Shown here piece after piece: positions 9,428 to 20,334 of a DNA stretch of 64,000 bases. Location: positions 1 through 64,000 of IMG/VR virus record IMGVR_UViG_3300044960_000113; one strand, written 5' to 3'. Each line of letters begins with the position of its first letter. The stretch's first letter is position 1. Source of the DNA: a virus. The notes under the pieces were generated by a model, which worked only from the letters and a program-made list of their open reading frames with translations, made no database searches and was not told where the DNA came from. Position numbers and translations under genes: made by a program.

Positions 9428-10774
9428 TTAATCTTGATTGCCAGTGTCTTTATTCTTTTTTCTTACTAAATTTAATATATTTGTATTTTTTGATTCTGAA
9501 TTTAATATTTTATCGGTTAAATCATCTTTTATATTTTTTGATAATTTTAAATTATCTTTTTTTGCCTCTAATGAATAGACTGTCAAAGTTGATGGATCCC
9601 AACCAAGAACTATTGATTTTCCAACACCAGCAGAGTTTCTAGTTTTTGCAAATGATAGAACATATTCTCCAGCTGCTCTCATTTGATCAGTTTGAATAAT
9701 TGATATTAAATTGTCTACAGTATTAACTTTTGAAATTCCACCTTGAATATGTCCCTGATGAATTTCTTCAGCTTCTAATGCTGCTCTTCCCATTTGAGAT
9801 GCAGATGCTATTGCACAATCAAAATCAAATCCTATTGCTCTAACTTCTTCAGAAAGATATTTATCTTTACCAAATAAATTATCTGCTGATATTTTTTGTG
9901 TTGGTGCCATAATATCTAAATAATCAATAACAAGTAAATCGACATTTTGTCCTGTAGTATCTTGAAATTCTTTTAAATATGTTATAATATGTTTTGCATT
10001 TGTTGTGCTTTCACGCATACGTTTAATAAAAAGTTTTCCATAACTATCTCTTATTTTTTCTAGTTCTGAAGAAACTTTAGGAATATTTGACAAAATTTGA
10101 TTTTGTGCTATATGTGTTATCATTGAATCTATACGCTTTGCAACAATCTTTTCAGAAAGTTCTAATGTTATATAGACGACATTATATTTTTGTTTTAATA
10201 CATTGGCAGTTATATTTGATAATATAATAGATTTTCCAACACCACTATTTGCCATGAATAATGTTAATTCTTGTCTAAATAATCCACCATTAATGTTTAT
10301 GTCTAATTCAGGCCAACCAGTTGAAATTGGAATTGCAGTATTTAAAGTTTCCATTAAACGATTTTCTGGATCTTTAAAATATTCTGTTCCTAAATCTTTA
10401 ATTAAACCAACAGATATAGCATTTTTTATATTTAATTCTATTTTTCCATAATCATCTTTTTCTAATAAAGGAATAGATTCAATGAGTGCTGTTTCAATAG
10501 CTTTTTTCTTACAAAAAATTTCTATTTCGTCAGCAACATATTTTATTTTATCATGCGATAATTTTTTATTGACAAAAGTAACGTTTGTTTCAGTTTTTAT
10601 TGTATCTACATCAGGAATATTTTTATATTTTTCAAAATATTCTTGAACAAACGCAACAACTTTTTTTAATGATGGGTCGAAATATGATGGTTTAATGATA
10701 GAATTACATAATACAAAAAGATTATAATCCGAAATTAAATCATTAAGTAGTAATTTCTGTTTTTCTAAATCCAC
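9428..10774 (-). CDS. replicative DNA helicase, T4 gp41/DnaB-like
   Basis: Walker A ANSGVGKS, YITLELSE, VIDYLD Walker B, ASQMGR, KTRN. Confidence 0.93.
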   Translation of the reverse strand: MDLEKQKLLLNDLISDYNLFVLCNSIIKPSYFDPSLKKVVAFVQEYFEKYKNIPDVDTIKTETNVTFVNKKLSHDKIKYVADEIEIFCKKKAIETALIESIPLLEKDDYGKIELNIKNAISVGLIKDLGTEYFKDPENRLMETLNTAIPISTGWPELDININGGLFRQELTLFMANSGVGKSIILSNITANVLKQKYNVVYITLELSEKIVAKRIDSMITHIAQNQILSNIPKVSSELEKIRDSYGKLFIKRMRESTTNAKHIITYLKEFQDTTGQNVDLLVIDYLDIMAPTQKISADNLFGKDKYLSEEVRAIGFDFDCAIASASQMGRAALEAEEIHQGHIQGGISKVNTVDNLISIIQTDQMRAAGEYVLSFAKTRNSAGVGKSIVLGWDPSTLTVYSLEAKKDNLKLSKNIKDDLTDKILNSESKNTNILNLVRKKNKDTGNQD

Positions 10775-10778
10775 TTTA

Positions 10779-11807
10779 TTATTTTCCTTTACTACAGTTT
10801 AATAATATAGACATTTCTGCTTCTATTTTATTTTTTGGAATGTTTTTCATAATCATATTTACTGTCCAAGAAATTCCTGTTTCTATTACTGCCTTATTCA
10901 CATCATTAAATCCTTCTGGTGGAAATGAAATTTCCCAATTGTTTTTTAATGCTTCATATGCTAAACTAGCACCATTTTTATCTCTTTGAATAACGAATAT
11001 TATACGTCTTTTAACTTTATTTAATAATTCTTTTTTGACTTCATTTATAGTACTTCCTATTAATGCAACACCGTTAATTGGTATAGCATCAAACACGCCC
11101 TCTGTTACAAATAATGGAAGATCACTATACCGTATTAGTTCATCATAATTATATAAAATGGCAGTTTTATTTGAGGGGCAATTTAAATATCTTTGTTTTA
11201 CATCATCATTAATACTTCTTGCTTGCCAATAAATTATTTTTCCTTGACGTAGAAATGGAATTATCACTCTGTTTTTAAATTCATTTTCAAGTGAAATATA
11301 AAAATCGTGATTTGTATTTAAAACTTTACGTTTGAGTAAATAATTTACAACATTTTTTTCAAGATCATTTTGAGGATTAGTTTTATTTATTTTTATACTG
11401 TTTTTTGGTAATTTTACTTCAGGTGTAAAAAATGTCAATCTGCTTTTATTATTGAGTTGATCTAAAGTTATTATTTCTTTTTCTTCATTTTTTGAATTTA
11501 TTTTTAAATTTAATCCCCCATTTTTTATAAAGTTTTCAGCTAATATTTTATCTATTTCATCATCTGGTATTTGAAAAGCATTTAAAATTTTTCTAAATTT
11601 TTTAGACATGTGTGTTGAACCTTCTTCAAATACACCATCAGTTCCACAATTAAAACAATTAAATCCTATGATATTTCCATCAAATTTAAAACCACCACGT
11701 GGTTTATAATCATTACAGACGGCACAGATTACTGGCTCAAAACCAGTATTAGCCTTTTTGTAATTAAATGAAATTTTACTTCTGATTAAATCTTCTATTT
11801 TTTTCAT
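10779..11807 (-). CDS. DNA primase, T4 gp61-like
   Basis: Zn finger CAVC...CFNC; RVIIPF, YWQARS, TOPRIM VTEGVFDA. Confidence 0.9.
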   Translation of the reverse strand: MKKIEDLIRSKISFNYKKANTGFEPVICAVCNDYKPRGGFKFDGNIIGFNCFNCGTDGVFEEGSTHMSKKFRKILNAFQIPDDEIDKILAENFIKNGGLNLKINSKNEEKEIITLDQLNNKSRLTFFTPEVKLPKNSIKINKTNPQNDLEKNVVNYLLKRKVLNTNHDFYISLENEFKNRVIIPFLRQGKIIYWQARSINDDVKQRYLNCPSNKTAILYNYDELIRYSDLPLFVTEGVFDAIPINGVALIGSTINEVKKELLNKVKRRIIFVIQRDKNGASLAYEALKNNWEISFPPEGFNDVNKAVIETGISWTVNMIMKNIPKNKIEAEMSILLNCSKGK

Positions 11808-12454
11808 TAAAGTTTAGACATATATTGTTTTACTTTTTTGACATATTCTAAATTTACAATATTTTCACCAAGTTGTTTAGCACTATTAATACCTTTATTA
11901 TAAGCACCAATTATAAAATTACTATCTTTATTATATCTACTTATAATTAGAAGATATTTTGATGCAACTTCAATATTAAATTCATCATTCATAATTAGAT
12001 GAGCAATAATTTCTTCATCTGTATCAGTATGAAAATTATATTTATTTTTAATATCTGGATATGTTTTGAGAACATCTTTAGCAGCATCAAGTTTAATTTG
12101 AGCTATACCATAATATCTTTCATTAGTTTTAAGTCCAAATTCTTGACCAGCAACTTTAAAAGATTTCATATCTCCAGCACGTGTTTCTTGAAGTAAAATT
12201 GCTTGGAGTATTTCAGGATGTTTATGACCATCTTCTTTTGCTGTTTTATAAGCAAAATTTAGAATACGATTTTGTTCTATTGTTAATTTTTCCGGTAGAA
12301 GAATAGCAGAATTTGAACCACCAACAATTTTTCCATTATTTTTTGGTGCAATGACAGATGTACCAACATATGTATTTATATTTTTATAATACAAAAATAA
12401 ACAACTTAAAAAAATTGCAATAAAAAATGACAATATAGAAATTGTTAATTTCAA
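11807..12454 (-). CDS. SLT-type lytic transglycosylase with N-terminal hydrophobic anchor
   Basis: AILLQET (catalytic Glu), YGIAQI, AYNKG; N-terminal TM segment. Confidence 0.75.
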   Translation of the reverse strand: MKLTISILSFFIAIFLSCLFLYYKNINTYVGTSVIAPKNNGKIVGGSNSAILLPEKLTIEQNRILNFAYKTAKEDGHKHPEILQAILLQETRAGDMKSFKVAGQEFGLKTNERYYGIAQIKLDAAKDVLKTYPDIKNKYNFHTDTDEEIIAHLIMNDEFNIEVASKYLLIISRYNKDSNFIIGAYNKGINSAKQLGENIVNLEYVKKVKQYMSKL

Positions 12455-12570
12455 TTTTTTCTCCTAGTTGTTAAACACGCAAATATTAATTTAATTATAT
12501 AATATAGGTATTATGATGGTTATTTATAATTATATATCAAATTTTATAAAATATAAATATATTCAATATG

Positions 12571-13527
12571 TTATTTTTCATACAAATATACATAATTTCC
12601 AGAATCAAATATTCTATCCCAATTATTTATTTTCATATTTTCTAATTCTGTTTTATTTTCATCAAAAATTTCTAATAATCTTTTTAATTTATGTTTTTGA
12701 AATGTAGATCTATGATATTTTTTATCTGGTGTTTTAAAATACCAATAACAAGGAAAAGATTTTTCCTTTAGTTTAAATCCTAAATTTTCATAAAGTTTGC
12801 CATTACTATATCGTCTATCTGCATATGAAATAATCTTTTTAGGATTAAATGTTTTAACAAAATGACTAAAAATTTTTGATGCTCCACCTATTAAATTCAC
12901 GTTATTTATTGTAGAATATCTTAAAATTTCCCAATCAATATTTTTATTATATCTTGGTTTACTGAATGTCATGATACTTATAATTTTATTATTATGTATT
13001 AATCCAAATGAATTAACACAAGAATTTCCCGGGCCTTGAATATGTGTTTCTGATAAAAATTGTCTAGTTTTTTTGGAATCTATTTGTATTACTTCACAAT
13101 TTCTTGCATAAATTTTTATTTCTGATAATCCTAAAATATGTTTTATTCTAGATAAAACAATATCTGGCTTTGTTATTAGTTCATCTTCAAAAACCTGAAT
13201 TAATCTCCATCCGTTATTTTCAAATGTTTCTAATTGTGTTAAGTTATATTTTTTATCATTAATTTTTCTTTCACATCTTTCTGAAAACAACAAAATATCT
13301 ATTGCTATTTTTTTATTAAAATCTGCAAATGGGATTGTATAGCCAAATATATTAACATCGTGTGTTAAATTATTTAAAAAATCTATATTTATTTGATTAT
13401 TATTTGTTTGTATAGTAGATATTGGTCTATCTGGCAATGTTTCTTTTAGATGCTTATAATTTTTAAATTTAAATTTTTTACCATTTTCATCAATTAATGA
13501 AATTTCTTTAGATAACAATTTATTCAT
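12571..13527 (-). mobile_element. Hef-like putative homing endonuclease (possibly degenerate)
   Basis: GWRLIQVFEDE...KIYARNC...FLSETHIQG...MTF..WEILRY..GGASK..SYADRR..DSGNYVY architecture of jumbo-phage Hef-like proteins. Confidence 0.6.
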
Positions 13528-14270
13528 TTTTTGTCTTCTTTCTTTTGTTTATGTATCAATTTAATAGCATTAGATCTATTTGTTTTTGATTGTTCTAAAG
13601 ATTTTTTACGATATTCATTTATCTCATTTAAATTAATTAAAATATTCGTATCATAATGAAATATCCAACCTTTAAATTTTCCAGATGTCATTATAGAAAA
13701 ATATTGCGTTTTTTCGCTTTGATAAATTTTATCACATAATGTATGATTAGATAATCCTAAGTTTAATTCTCTAAAATCATTTAATTTTATTATTTCATTA
13801 TTATTTGTGATTATCAAAACTGGTTTATTACGCTTTAACGATTTAGATAATTTTTTACGTTGTTCTTCAGTTAATGGTTTTCCTTTTTTTGCTTTACTTA
13901 CTGCTAATCTGCAATTTTCTGATGGTTGATAACCTTTTAAAGTTTCACTCAACACGCGTCTTGATAATTCATATAATTTAGATTTTGGTTTATATCTTTT
14001 TTGATTTTTGTTATTTATCGCATTAAATATTGATAATGCGTGCGCCATTTTTCTTTTATTTATGCCATTAGTCATTTTCACCAATAGCAAATGCGCTATA
14101 TAATGTTCTCTTGCTGTTAATCTAACAACATTAGATTGATCATTTGATCCACCTAATGATAATGGAATAATATGATGTTTTTCACTATAATCAGAAGATG
14201 GTATTTTTATTTTTAATCTTTTGTTTATTAAATTGAAATACCATCTTCTATACTTATTTTCTAAAAACAC
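13524..14270 (-). mobile_element. HNH homing endonuclease with NUMOD3-like DNA-binding repeats
   Basis: GTG start; EKHHIIPLSLGGSND..NVVRLTAREHYIAHLLL; KGKPLTEEQRKKLS. Confidence 0.85.
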
Positions 14271-14278
14271 TCATTTGA

Positions 14279-14713
14279 TTAAATTTTAAACTCTTTTGTT
14301 GCTTTATCTAATGTTGCTTCTGCTGGATTAGTAAATTCTGAGCCAACAATGGTGTCATCAACAACTTTACTATCTTTGATTGATGATAATGATGCACGAG
14401 CACCAGCAGGTCTTTTAACTTTGATAAAGTTATAATGAAAGAAATCCAATGCATTGAGACCGTTGGATAGTCTAGATTGTGATAAAAGTTCCCATAACGG
14501 ATATTTATCAGCATGTGGTGACATTAGAATCTTTTTTAATCGTCCTTTATCAATCTCAGCAAGTGATGCAATATCTATATAATGTAATGTTCCATCTTCA
14601 TCACGTTTAACAACAGCAACTTCACGTAAAAGACCACTGTCATCAATATCTATTAATTCAACATGATTAATATTAGTTTTTTGACCAACTATTTGATTTG
14701 TTTTAGATGCCAT
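14279..14713 (-). CDS. conserved-looking hypothetical protein
   Basis: 144-aa ORF with GGAG SD. Confidence 0.75.
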   Translation of the reverse strand: MASKTNQIVGQKTNINHVELIDIDDSGLLREVAVVKRDEDGTLHYIDIASLAEIDKGRLKKILMSPHADKYPLWELLSQSRLSNGLNALDFFHYNFIKVKRPAGARASLSSIKDSKVVDDTIVGSEFTNPAEATLDKATKEFKI

Positions 14714-14740
14714 AAAATTTTCTCCTATAATTAAAAATAT

Positions 14741-14756
14741 TCTATTTATAAATAGA
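14741..14756. promoter_or_regulatory. palindrome TCTATTTATAAATAGA containing late-promoter motif TATAAATA; second copy at 14763-14770
   Basis: perfect 16-bp palindrome in intergenic gap upstream of 14713. Confidence 0.4.
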
Positions 14757-14789
14757 CATTTTTATTTATAGTTGGTCCAATGACATTTT

Positions 14790-15809
14790 TTAGTAAACTA
14801 TTAAATTTCTAAGCGATTTTAGTTTTTCTTTAGTTTTTTCATTGAGATCATTTTTATCTTTTTGAATATTTTTATATTCACTATTTAAATGTGTCGAACT
14901 TAACATATCTACATAAATTTGGGAATTTTCTGCAATCTTTTTTAATTCATATTTTCCTAAAAATTTATTAAAATGAAAAAAACTAAATTTTCCATGATTT
15001 TGGATTTCGAAATCTATCGTTTCTTTTATTATTTGTTTTATATCATCTGGCTGACATTCTAGATCCATTAATAATTGATTTTCTTTCCACAATTTTCCTA
15101 CGTTCATTTTTAATTCTTCACCTGAAATATCATCTTTTATTGACCATTCTTCATTAAAAATTTGTGTTTTCGTATAGTCATCTTCATATGCTTTTCTTAT
15201 TTTCGTTGAACGAAGCCGTGGATACGCAGACATAACATTATCTCCAGGATCACCTCTAAAACATTTTTCAAAAATAAAATAATTTGCATCTATTTCTTCT
15301 GGATAAATAGGTTTATCTTTATCTGGATTTAAAATCCTGACATTATTATATCTAAGTAATTGTTTAAAATCATTATCTCCTGATAAAATAAATGTTTCAT
15401 CTTCTTTAATATCTTTATATTTTTGACAAAAACCAGCAATGAGATCGTCACCTTCTAAATTTGGATGTGATAAACATATTAAACTTGTATGTTCTCTCAC
15501 TAAAGTTTCAAAATCAGCTACTAAACCAAAAACATATTCCATGAATGAACTTTTTGCTCTATTTGCTTTATATATTCTTTTAGAAACACAATTATCACTT
15601 TTTGTGTATTTTTTTCTCCAATTATCTCTACCTTCGAATACAGTGGCAATTTGGTCAGGTTTTATTTTTCTAAAATATTTTAATAATGTGTTCAATGTGG
15701 TATGCATTGCTAATCCTGCTGCATCTTTCGGATCTACATTTTTTATTGCGCATTGTGCAGCAGCAATTCTATAAATTAAGTTTGGTGTATCTACTATAAG
15801 TCTTTTCAT
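14790..15809 (-). CDS. rnh: RNase H-like 5'-3' exonuclease (T4 rnh/FEN family)
   Basis: LIVDTPN, FEG..WRK, YKANR, EGDD, LSGDNDFKQL, GDPGDNV. Confidence 0.88.
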   Translation of the reverse strand: MKRLIVDTPNLIYRIAAAQCAIKNVDPKDAAGLAMHTTLNTLLKYFRKIKPDQIATVFEGRDNWRKKYTKSDNCVSKRIYKANRAKSSFMEYVFGLVADFETLVREHTSLICLSHPNLEGDDLIAGFCQKYKDIKEDETFILSGDNDFKQLLRYNNVRILNPDKDKPIYPEEIDANYFIFEKCFRGDPGDNVMSAYPRLRSTKIRKAYEDDYTKTQIFNEEWSIKDDISGEELKMNVGKLWKENQLLMDLECQPDDIKQIIKETIDFEIQNHGKFSFFHFNKFLGKYELKKIAENSQIYVDMLSSTHLNSEYKNIQKDKNDLNEKTKEKLKSLRNLIVY

Positions 15810-15818
15810 AAAATAAAT

Positions 15819-16310
15819 TTATCTTTTTAATATTGTATCGGTTGATAAAAGAGGATGAGCATCACTTACAACTTCTTCATCATGTCCTGGGAATTCTTCA
15901 GGTTTTAATTGACAGCCAACTAAGAATAACATTGCAGTTTCTTCTTCTGTTGTTGCAACAATTCCATGTCTATTTACATTTTTAATAAATGCATCATTCC
16001 ATTTCATCTCCATTCTAATTCGGTTATCTTGACCTATACCATTTGAAATTAAAATTAATGTTGGTTCATCTAATTTTTTTATGATATTATCTATATCGTG
16101 TAATATTTTATTAAATTTATCTTTTTGGGTTAATTTTTTACCATTATTATTTGTGATTTTTTTACTATTAGTTTTAGCAACAGTCATACTTTTGAGAGCT
16201 AAAATATCTTTTTTAATTTTTTTCTTTAATTCTTTCTTATTTTTTTCTTGTTTTACATCATTTTCTTTATTTTTCTTTTCCTTTTTTGACATAGAATAAT
16301 TCTCCTTCAT
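15819..16310 (-). CDS. hypothetical protein with basic N-terminus (xxWNDAFI motif)
   Basis: 163-aa ORF; MEMKWNDAFI segment resembles a conserved T4-like phage protein family. Confidence 0.65.
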   Translation of the reverse strand: MKENYSMSKKEKKNKENDVKQEKNKKELKKKIKKDILALKSMTVAKTNSKKITNNNGKKLTQKDKFNKILHDIDNIIKKLDEPTLILISNGIGQDNRIRMEMKWNDAFIKNVNRHGIVATTEEETAMLFLVGCQLKPEEFPGHDEEVVSDAHPLLSTDTILKR

Positions 16311-16717
16311 TTTATTAAATTAGCATTTTGTTTTGCTATTTTTACATTATTTAACATGTTCTTTTTCAATTCATTTAATAATGAACTATCTATTAAAAAC
16401 GTACATATTTTATGTAATAAATCATTAATAGGTGTTTCAATAATTTCATTATTTGTTAAAAAGAACGAATATTCTTTATTATTAATAGTTAAATAAAATT
16501 TATGCATATTGTTTTCTATAGAATATCCAAACTGTGTTGGTAACCAATCAACTGACAATTTTTGTTCTTCAATTATAGTTTCTAATAAAGTATTTAAATT
16601 TAATATAATAGATTTATTAAATATCATTTCATCTGATTCATTATAATTTTGACTTAATAATTCATTTTTAAAAATATTATGAATTTTTGATAATTCTGTT
16701 AACTGTGTTTTATTCAT
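16307..16717 (-). CDS. hypothetical protein
   Basis: start reassigned to ATG 16717 behind GGAGG SD. Confidence 0.65.
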   Translation of the reverse strand: MNKTQLTELSKIHNIFKNELLSQNYNESDEMIFNKSIILNLNTLLETIIEEQKLSVDWLPTQFGYSIENNMHKFYLTINNKEYSFFLTNNEIIETPINDLLHKICTFLIDSSLLNELKKNMLNNVKIAKQNANLIK

Positions 16718-16724
16718 ATATGAA

Positions 16725-17456
16725 TTAAACCTCCACTTGTGGAATAATAGTACATGTATGCTCACCAGCAATTGTCGATATTGTTCCAAGTTCGCCTATA
16801 ATAATATCAATAATATTATCATTATTAATAGATAATTTTAATAATGGAATAAAAATATTAGCATCATAATAATGAACGAATATATTTGATGTTTGATCAT
16901 TTTGTTCATTTATCCAAATTGGTCTATTTTCTAATTTTAGAGAAAAAACATCATTGTTTACATCATAACATTCAATCGTACATTCATTAGATCTATTATT
17001 AACGATTACTTTTTTTGCACCCATTACTCTAACAGCACCAGTAATGTTTTCTAATTCTTCTTTCGTTATTTGCAATAACCAATTTGCTGGGTCATTAATA
17101 CCTTTTGGGGCTTTCATTAAATTTGGTGACATACATCTAAATTGGATCTTAGATGATATGTTTGATAATTCTAATTGTGATATTTCTTTTTTATCATTTT
17201 CTTTTGCAATTATTGAAAAATCTTTTCCATTCTTAAGCAAATTTAATCTAGCATTAAGAATTCCAAGTCTTGACAGACATATTTTATTATCCTGAAAATC
17301 AGATATTCCATTTTGAGAAAGTAAAATACATGATTTTTCATCATTGATACCACTTATTTTTCCATCTTCAATTAATACCATATCTATATGAAGTGGTATA
17401 CATATATTAATCAATTCTTCTATTTTTTTAATACTTTCATTTGATAATTTTATCAT
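16725..17456 (-). CDS. probable DNA polymerase sliding clamp (gp45-like)
   Basis: 243 aa, alternating alpha/beta pattern, directly downstream of polymerase; no diagnostic motif recognised. Confidence 0.4.
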   Translation of the reverse strand: MIKLSNESIKKIEELINICIPLHIDMVLIEDGKISGINDEKSCILLSQNGISDFQDNKICLSRLGILNARLNLLKNGKDFSIIAKENDKKEISQLELSNISSKIQFRCMSPNLMKAPKGINDPANWLLQITKEELENITGAVRVMGAKKVIVNNRSNECTIECYDVNNDVFSLKLENRPIWINEQNDQTSNIFVHYYDANIFIPLLKLSINNDNIIDIIIGELGTISTIAGEHTCTIIPQVEV

Positions 17457-17458
17457 AA

Positions 17459-20329
17459 TTAATATACTATTATTTTGTTTAATAATGTTCTTTGAAATGT
17501 TGGGACATCATATCCTAATGCATTAAATATTCCTTCTAATTTTGCATCAATCATTTTAGTTTCTGTTTCCTCTTTATCTATAACAAAATTATTAAACCAT
17601 TTTGGAAATTTTGTTAAATCACTTGGAATTGCAATACTTTTGAAACCTTCAGCATTTGGCTTTAAATAAAAAATTAAAACTTTATCTCCAGATTTTAAAA
17701 TTTTTGCACCTTTGCCTTCAATTTTTTGAACATATTCATTGTAATTAATAGAAGCTCTAACATGTCCAGGAAGATTAACTTTTCTTTTTCCTGTTTTTTC
17801 TAATCTTGTCCATTCATCATAAAACATATCTAAATTATTTACTGCTTTAGCAATGCCAATAGCTATTAAATTCTTGTCGTTTTTAAATAAAGTTTTTCTA
17901 GAATTATTAATAAATGTTTCTAATTCATTATATGACTTACCATCTAAAACCATATTTAATACATCTTTAAGAAATTTTTGAATTATTTTAGGTGTATCAG
18001 ATTTTTTTATTTCTGATCCCATTGCTTTTAATTTATCAACTGGTTTTCCCTCTTGATCAACAACTCTAATAATATATTTCTTTTTAGCTTGGAATAGTCC
18101 TCTAATACCAACAATTTCTCTAACTGCTCTAATTAAATTATCATAATTTTCATTACACAAAAAAGCATCTTTCATAAAATTTTGAAATGAAGAATTGATA
18201 AAATTAGCGGTTTCATCTGCTATTCGTATTGCTTCTTCTTTGTTTTTTGCGTTTGTTTTAAAATAAACAGAATCGGTGTCACCATATATAATAACTGGGC
18301 AATCAGTTGTATAAATGTGGTTAACTTTACCTTCACTATCAACTTCTGACGTTTTATTTAATTCATAAAATTTATTTGTAATATATTTTCCAGCCATCCT
18401 AATCATATGTGATGTTATTTGTCTGCCTGTTGCTGTTACAGATGCACCCATACGTTCATCAAAAAATCTAAACCAAACATTTAATAATGCTCCATATGTA
18501 GAATTAAGCTGGATTTTTTTTGTATTTTGTAATAAATCATACTTAGAAATCATTTCTTTTGCATAATTTATTTCGTTTTCATTTTTATTATCTTGTTTTT
18601 CCAATTCGGCCAATTTATTTAACCATTCTTTTTTATGTGTTTGTAATTTTTTTCTTTCATTAAACCACTCAGTCAATACAGCAGGAATTACTCCCATATC
18701 ATTACTTTGATCAAAAACTGTTCCATACGCAGATATTGCCCATTTATTTTCTTTAAGAATATTTTTCCATTCTTTTCCAGTAGCTTCGTATTTTTCACCA
18801 TTTTCTAAAACTAAAATATGTGAAATATTATCTTCTTTAAATATTCCATACCAATCATTTTCAAAATCTGTAAACTGTCCTATTATTTTTTCTGGTGAAA
18901 TGTTTAATGAACGTATACATGATGGATATAGAGAATTAATGTCGCAAGATCCTATCCATTCATGTAATCCAATTTTTGGTGTCATAACTATTGCACCTTC
19001 AACTTTACCGTGTGATGGTTTTAATTCTTTATCAGAAACTATTTTATTCATTTCATGATGTGCATAATTAATAATACCAGTTTCTACAAATTTTACGGTG
19101 CCTAATACAGATTCTAGCATGACTGTATTATCATGTGCCATTTGATTTGCTAAAGCAATAAAATTAAATTTTTCATCTAATTTGTGAAGAATTTGAACAT
19201 CTCGAATGTTATAAAGAATAAATTTATAAAATGATATTTTTATAACTTCTTGATTTACTTCGTCATATTCTTTTAATAATTCTTCATTGCTATTATTCTT
19301 TTTAATTTCACGTTTTATTATTTCTCTTTTGATTTCTGCGGCAAGTTTTTGATTATCAATGCTTGATTTTCTATTTTTATAATCTTTTAATATAATTTTT
19401 ATGTCTTTTTCTGAATAATTTGATAAATCTGGACAAAATGTACCATTATATAATTCTTCAAGTGTACCATCATATTCTAATTTTGGAATTTCCAATTCTT
19501 CATCTGCGATTGATGCCAACGACCATGAAGTTCTTCCTTCAAATGTGAATTTTTTAAATAATTGAAGATAGTCCAAATGAATTCGTCCACTTAATTTAAC
19601 AGTAATATTTTTAATGCCAAATTTTTCAATTTCTTTGAATTTAGGATAATCTGCACCTGGAAAACACCAACGCTGTGTCATTTTTTTACCTAATACCATT
19701 TCGGTTCTTTTTATTAAATATGGTATATCAAAAAAATCAGAGTTCCATCCACTTAATAAATCACAATCTTCTATAATTTCTAATGTTGTTAATAATAATT
19801 CATATTCGGATGAAACAATTATTAAATTTGAATTAATGTCCGACGTTAAATCAGAAAAAATATTAGCTGAGCTATCTTTTAATCCCCTTGGAGGAACAGC
19901 AACAGTAACATATTCATCTAGCCATTGTAAATAGATAGTTATAACATTAATTGGTGCATATGGATTATCAGGTGAACTGAATCCTAAATTTTGTTGATAA
20001 TCAACTTCAATATCAATAAAACAATAATGTAATTTTGGTGCATCTTTTTTATAATATTTTTCCATCAATATTTTATCAAGTGGAGAAATATCAGATTCAT
20101 ACTTAATTTTATATTTTTGCGCTGTTTTTTCAAATTCGGCGTAATTTTCAAAATCAAGTCTTGTTAATTTTTTGTTATCGAGGGATATGAATTTTCCATT
20201 TTCATCTTCTATATAAAAATAATAAGGGCAATTATAAACCTTTTTTAATCGCCCTTCTTCTGAACGTTCCCATATTATAACTTTTTCTCTATTATAATCG
20301 ATTATTCCGCTTATATAATTGCTAGACAT
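17459..20329 (-). CDS. family B DNA polymerase (T4 gp43-like)
   Basis: ExoI FIDIEVD, ExoII WNSDFFD, ExoIII YNIRDV; motif A DINSLYPS, B KIQLNSTYG, C YGDTDS. Confidence 0.97.
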   Translation of the reverse strand: MSSNYISGIIDYNREKVIIWERSEEGRLKKVYNCPYYFYIEDENGKFISLDNKKLTRLDFENYAEFEKTAQKYKIKYESDISPLDKILMEKYYKKDAPKLHYCFIDIEVDYQQNLGFSSPDNPYAPINVITIYLQWLDEYVTVAVPPRGLKDSSANIFSDLTSDINSNLIIVSSEYELLLTTLEIIEDCDLLSGWNSDFFDIPYLIKRTEMVLGKKMTQRWCFPGADYPKFKEIEKFGIKNITVKLSGRIHLDYLQLFKKFTFEGRTSWSLASIADEELEIPKLEYDGTLEELYNGTFCPDLSNYSEKDIKIILKDYKNRKSSIDNQKLAAEIKREIIKREIKKNNSNEELLKEYDEVNQEVIKISFYKFILYNIRDVQILHKLDEKFNFIALANQMAHDNTVMLESVLGTVKFVETGIINYAHHEMNKIVSDKELKPSHGKVEGAIVMTPKIGLHEWIGSCDINSLYPSCIRSLNISPEKIIGQFTDFENDWYGIFKEDNISHILVLENGEKYEATGKEWKNILKENKWAISAYGTVFDQSNDMGVIPAVLTEWFNERKKLQTHKKEWLNKLAELEKQDNKNENEINYAKEMISKYDLLQNTKKIQLNSTYGALLNVWFRFFDERMGASVTATGRQITSHMIRMAGKYITNKFYELNKTSEVDSEGKVNHIYTTDCPVIIYGDTDSVYFKTNAKNKEEAIRIADETANFINSSFQNFMKDAFLCNENYDNLIRAVREIVGIRGLFQAKKKYIIRVVDQEGKPVDKLKAMGSEIKKSDTPKIIQKFLKDVLNMVLDGKSYNELETFINNSRKTLFKNDKNLIAIGIAKAVNNLDMFYDEWTRLEKTGKRKVNLPGHVRASINYNEYVQKIEGKGAKILKSGDKVLIFYLKPNAEGFKSIAIPSDLTKFPKWFNNFVIDKEETETKMIDAKLEGIFNALGYDVPTFQRTLLNKIIVY

Positions 20330-20334
20330 TATTT

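Noticed and set aside
17459-20329. Intein or intron in the DNA polymerase
   Set aside because: The frame is continuous, and the insertion lacks splice residues and endonuclease motifs
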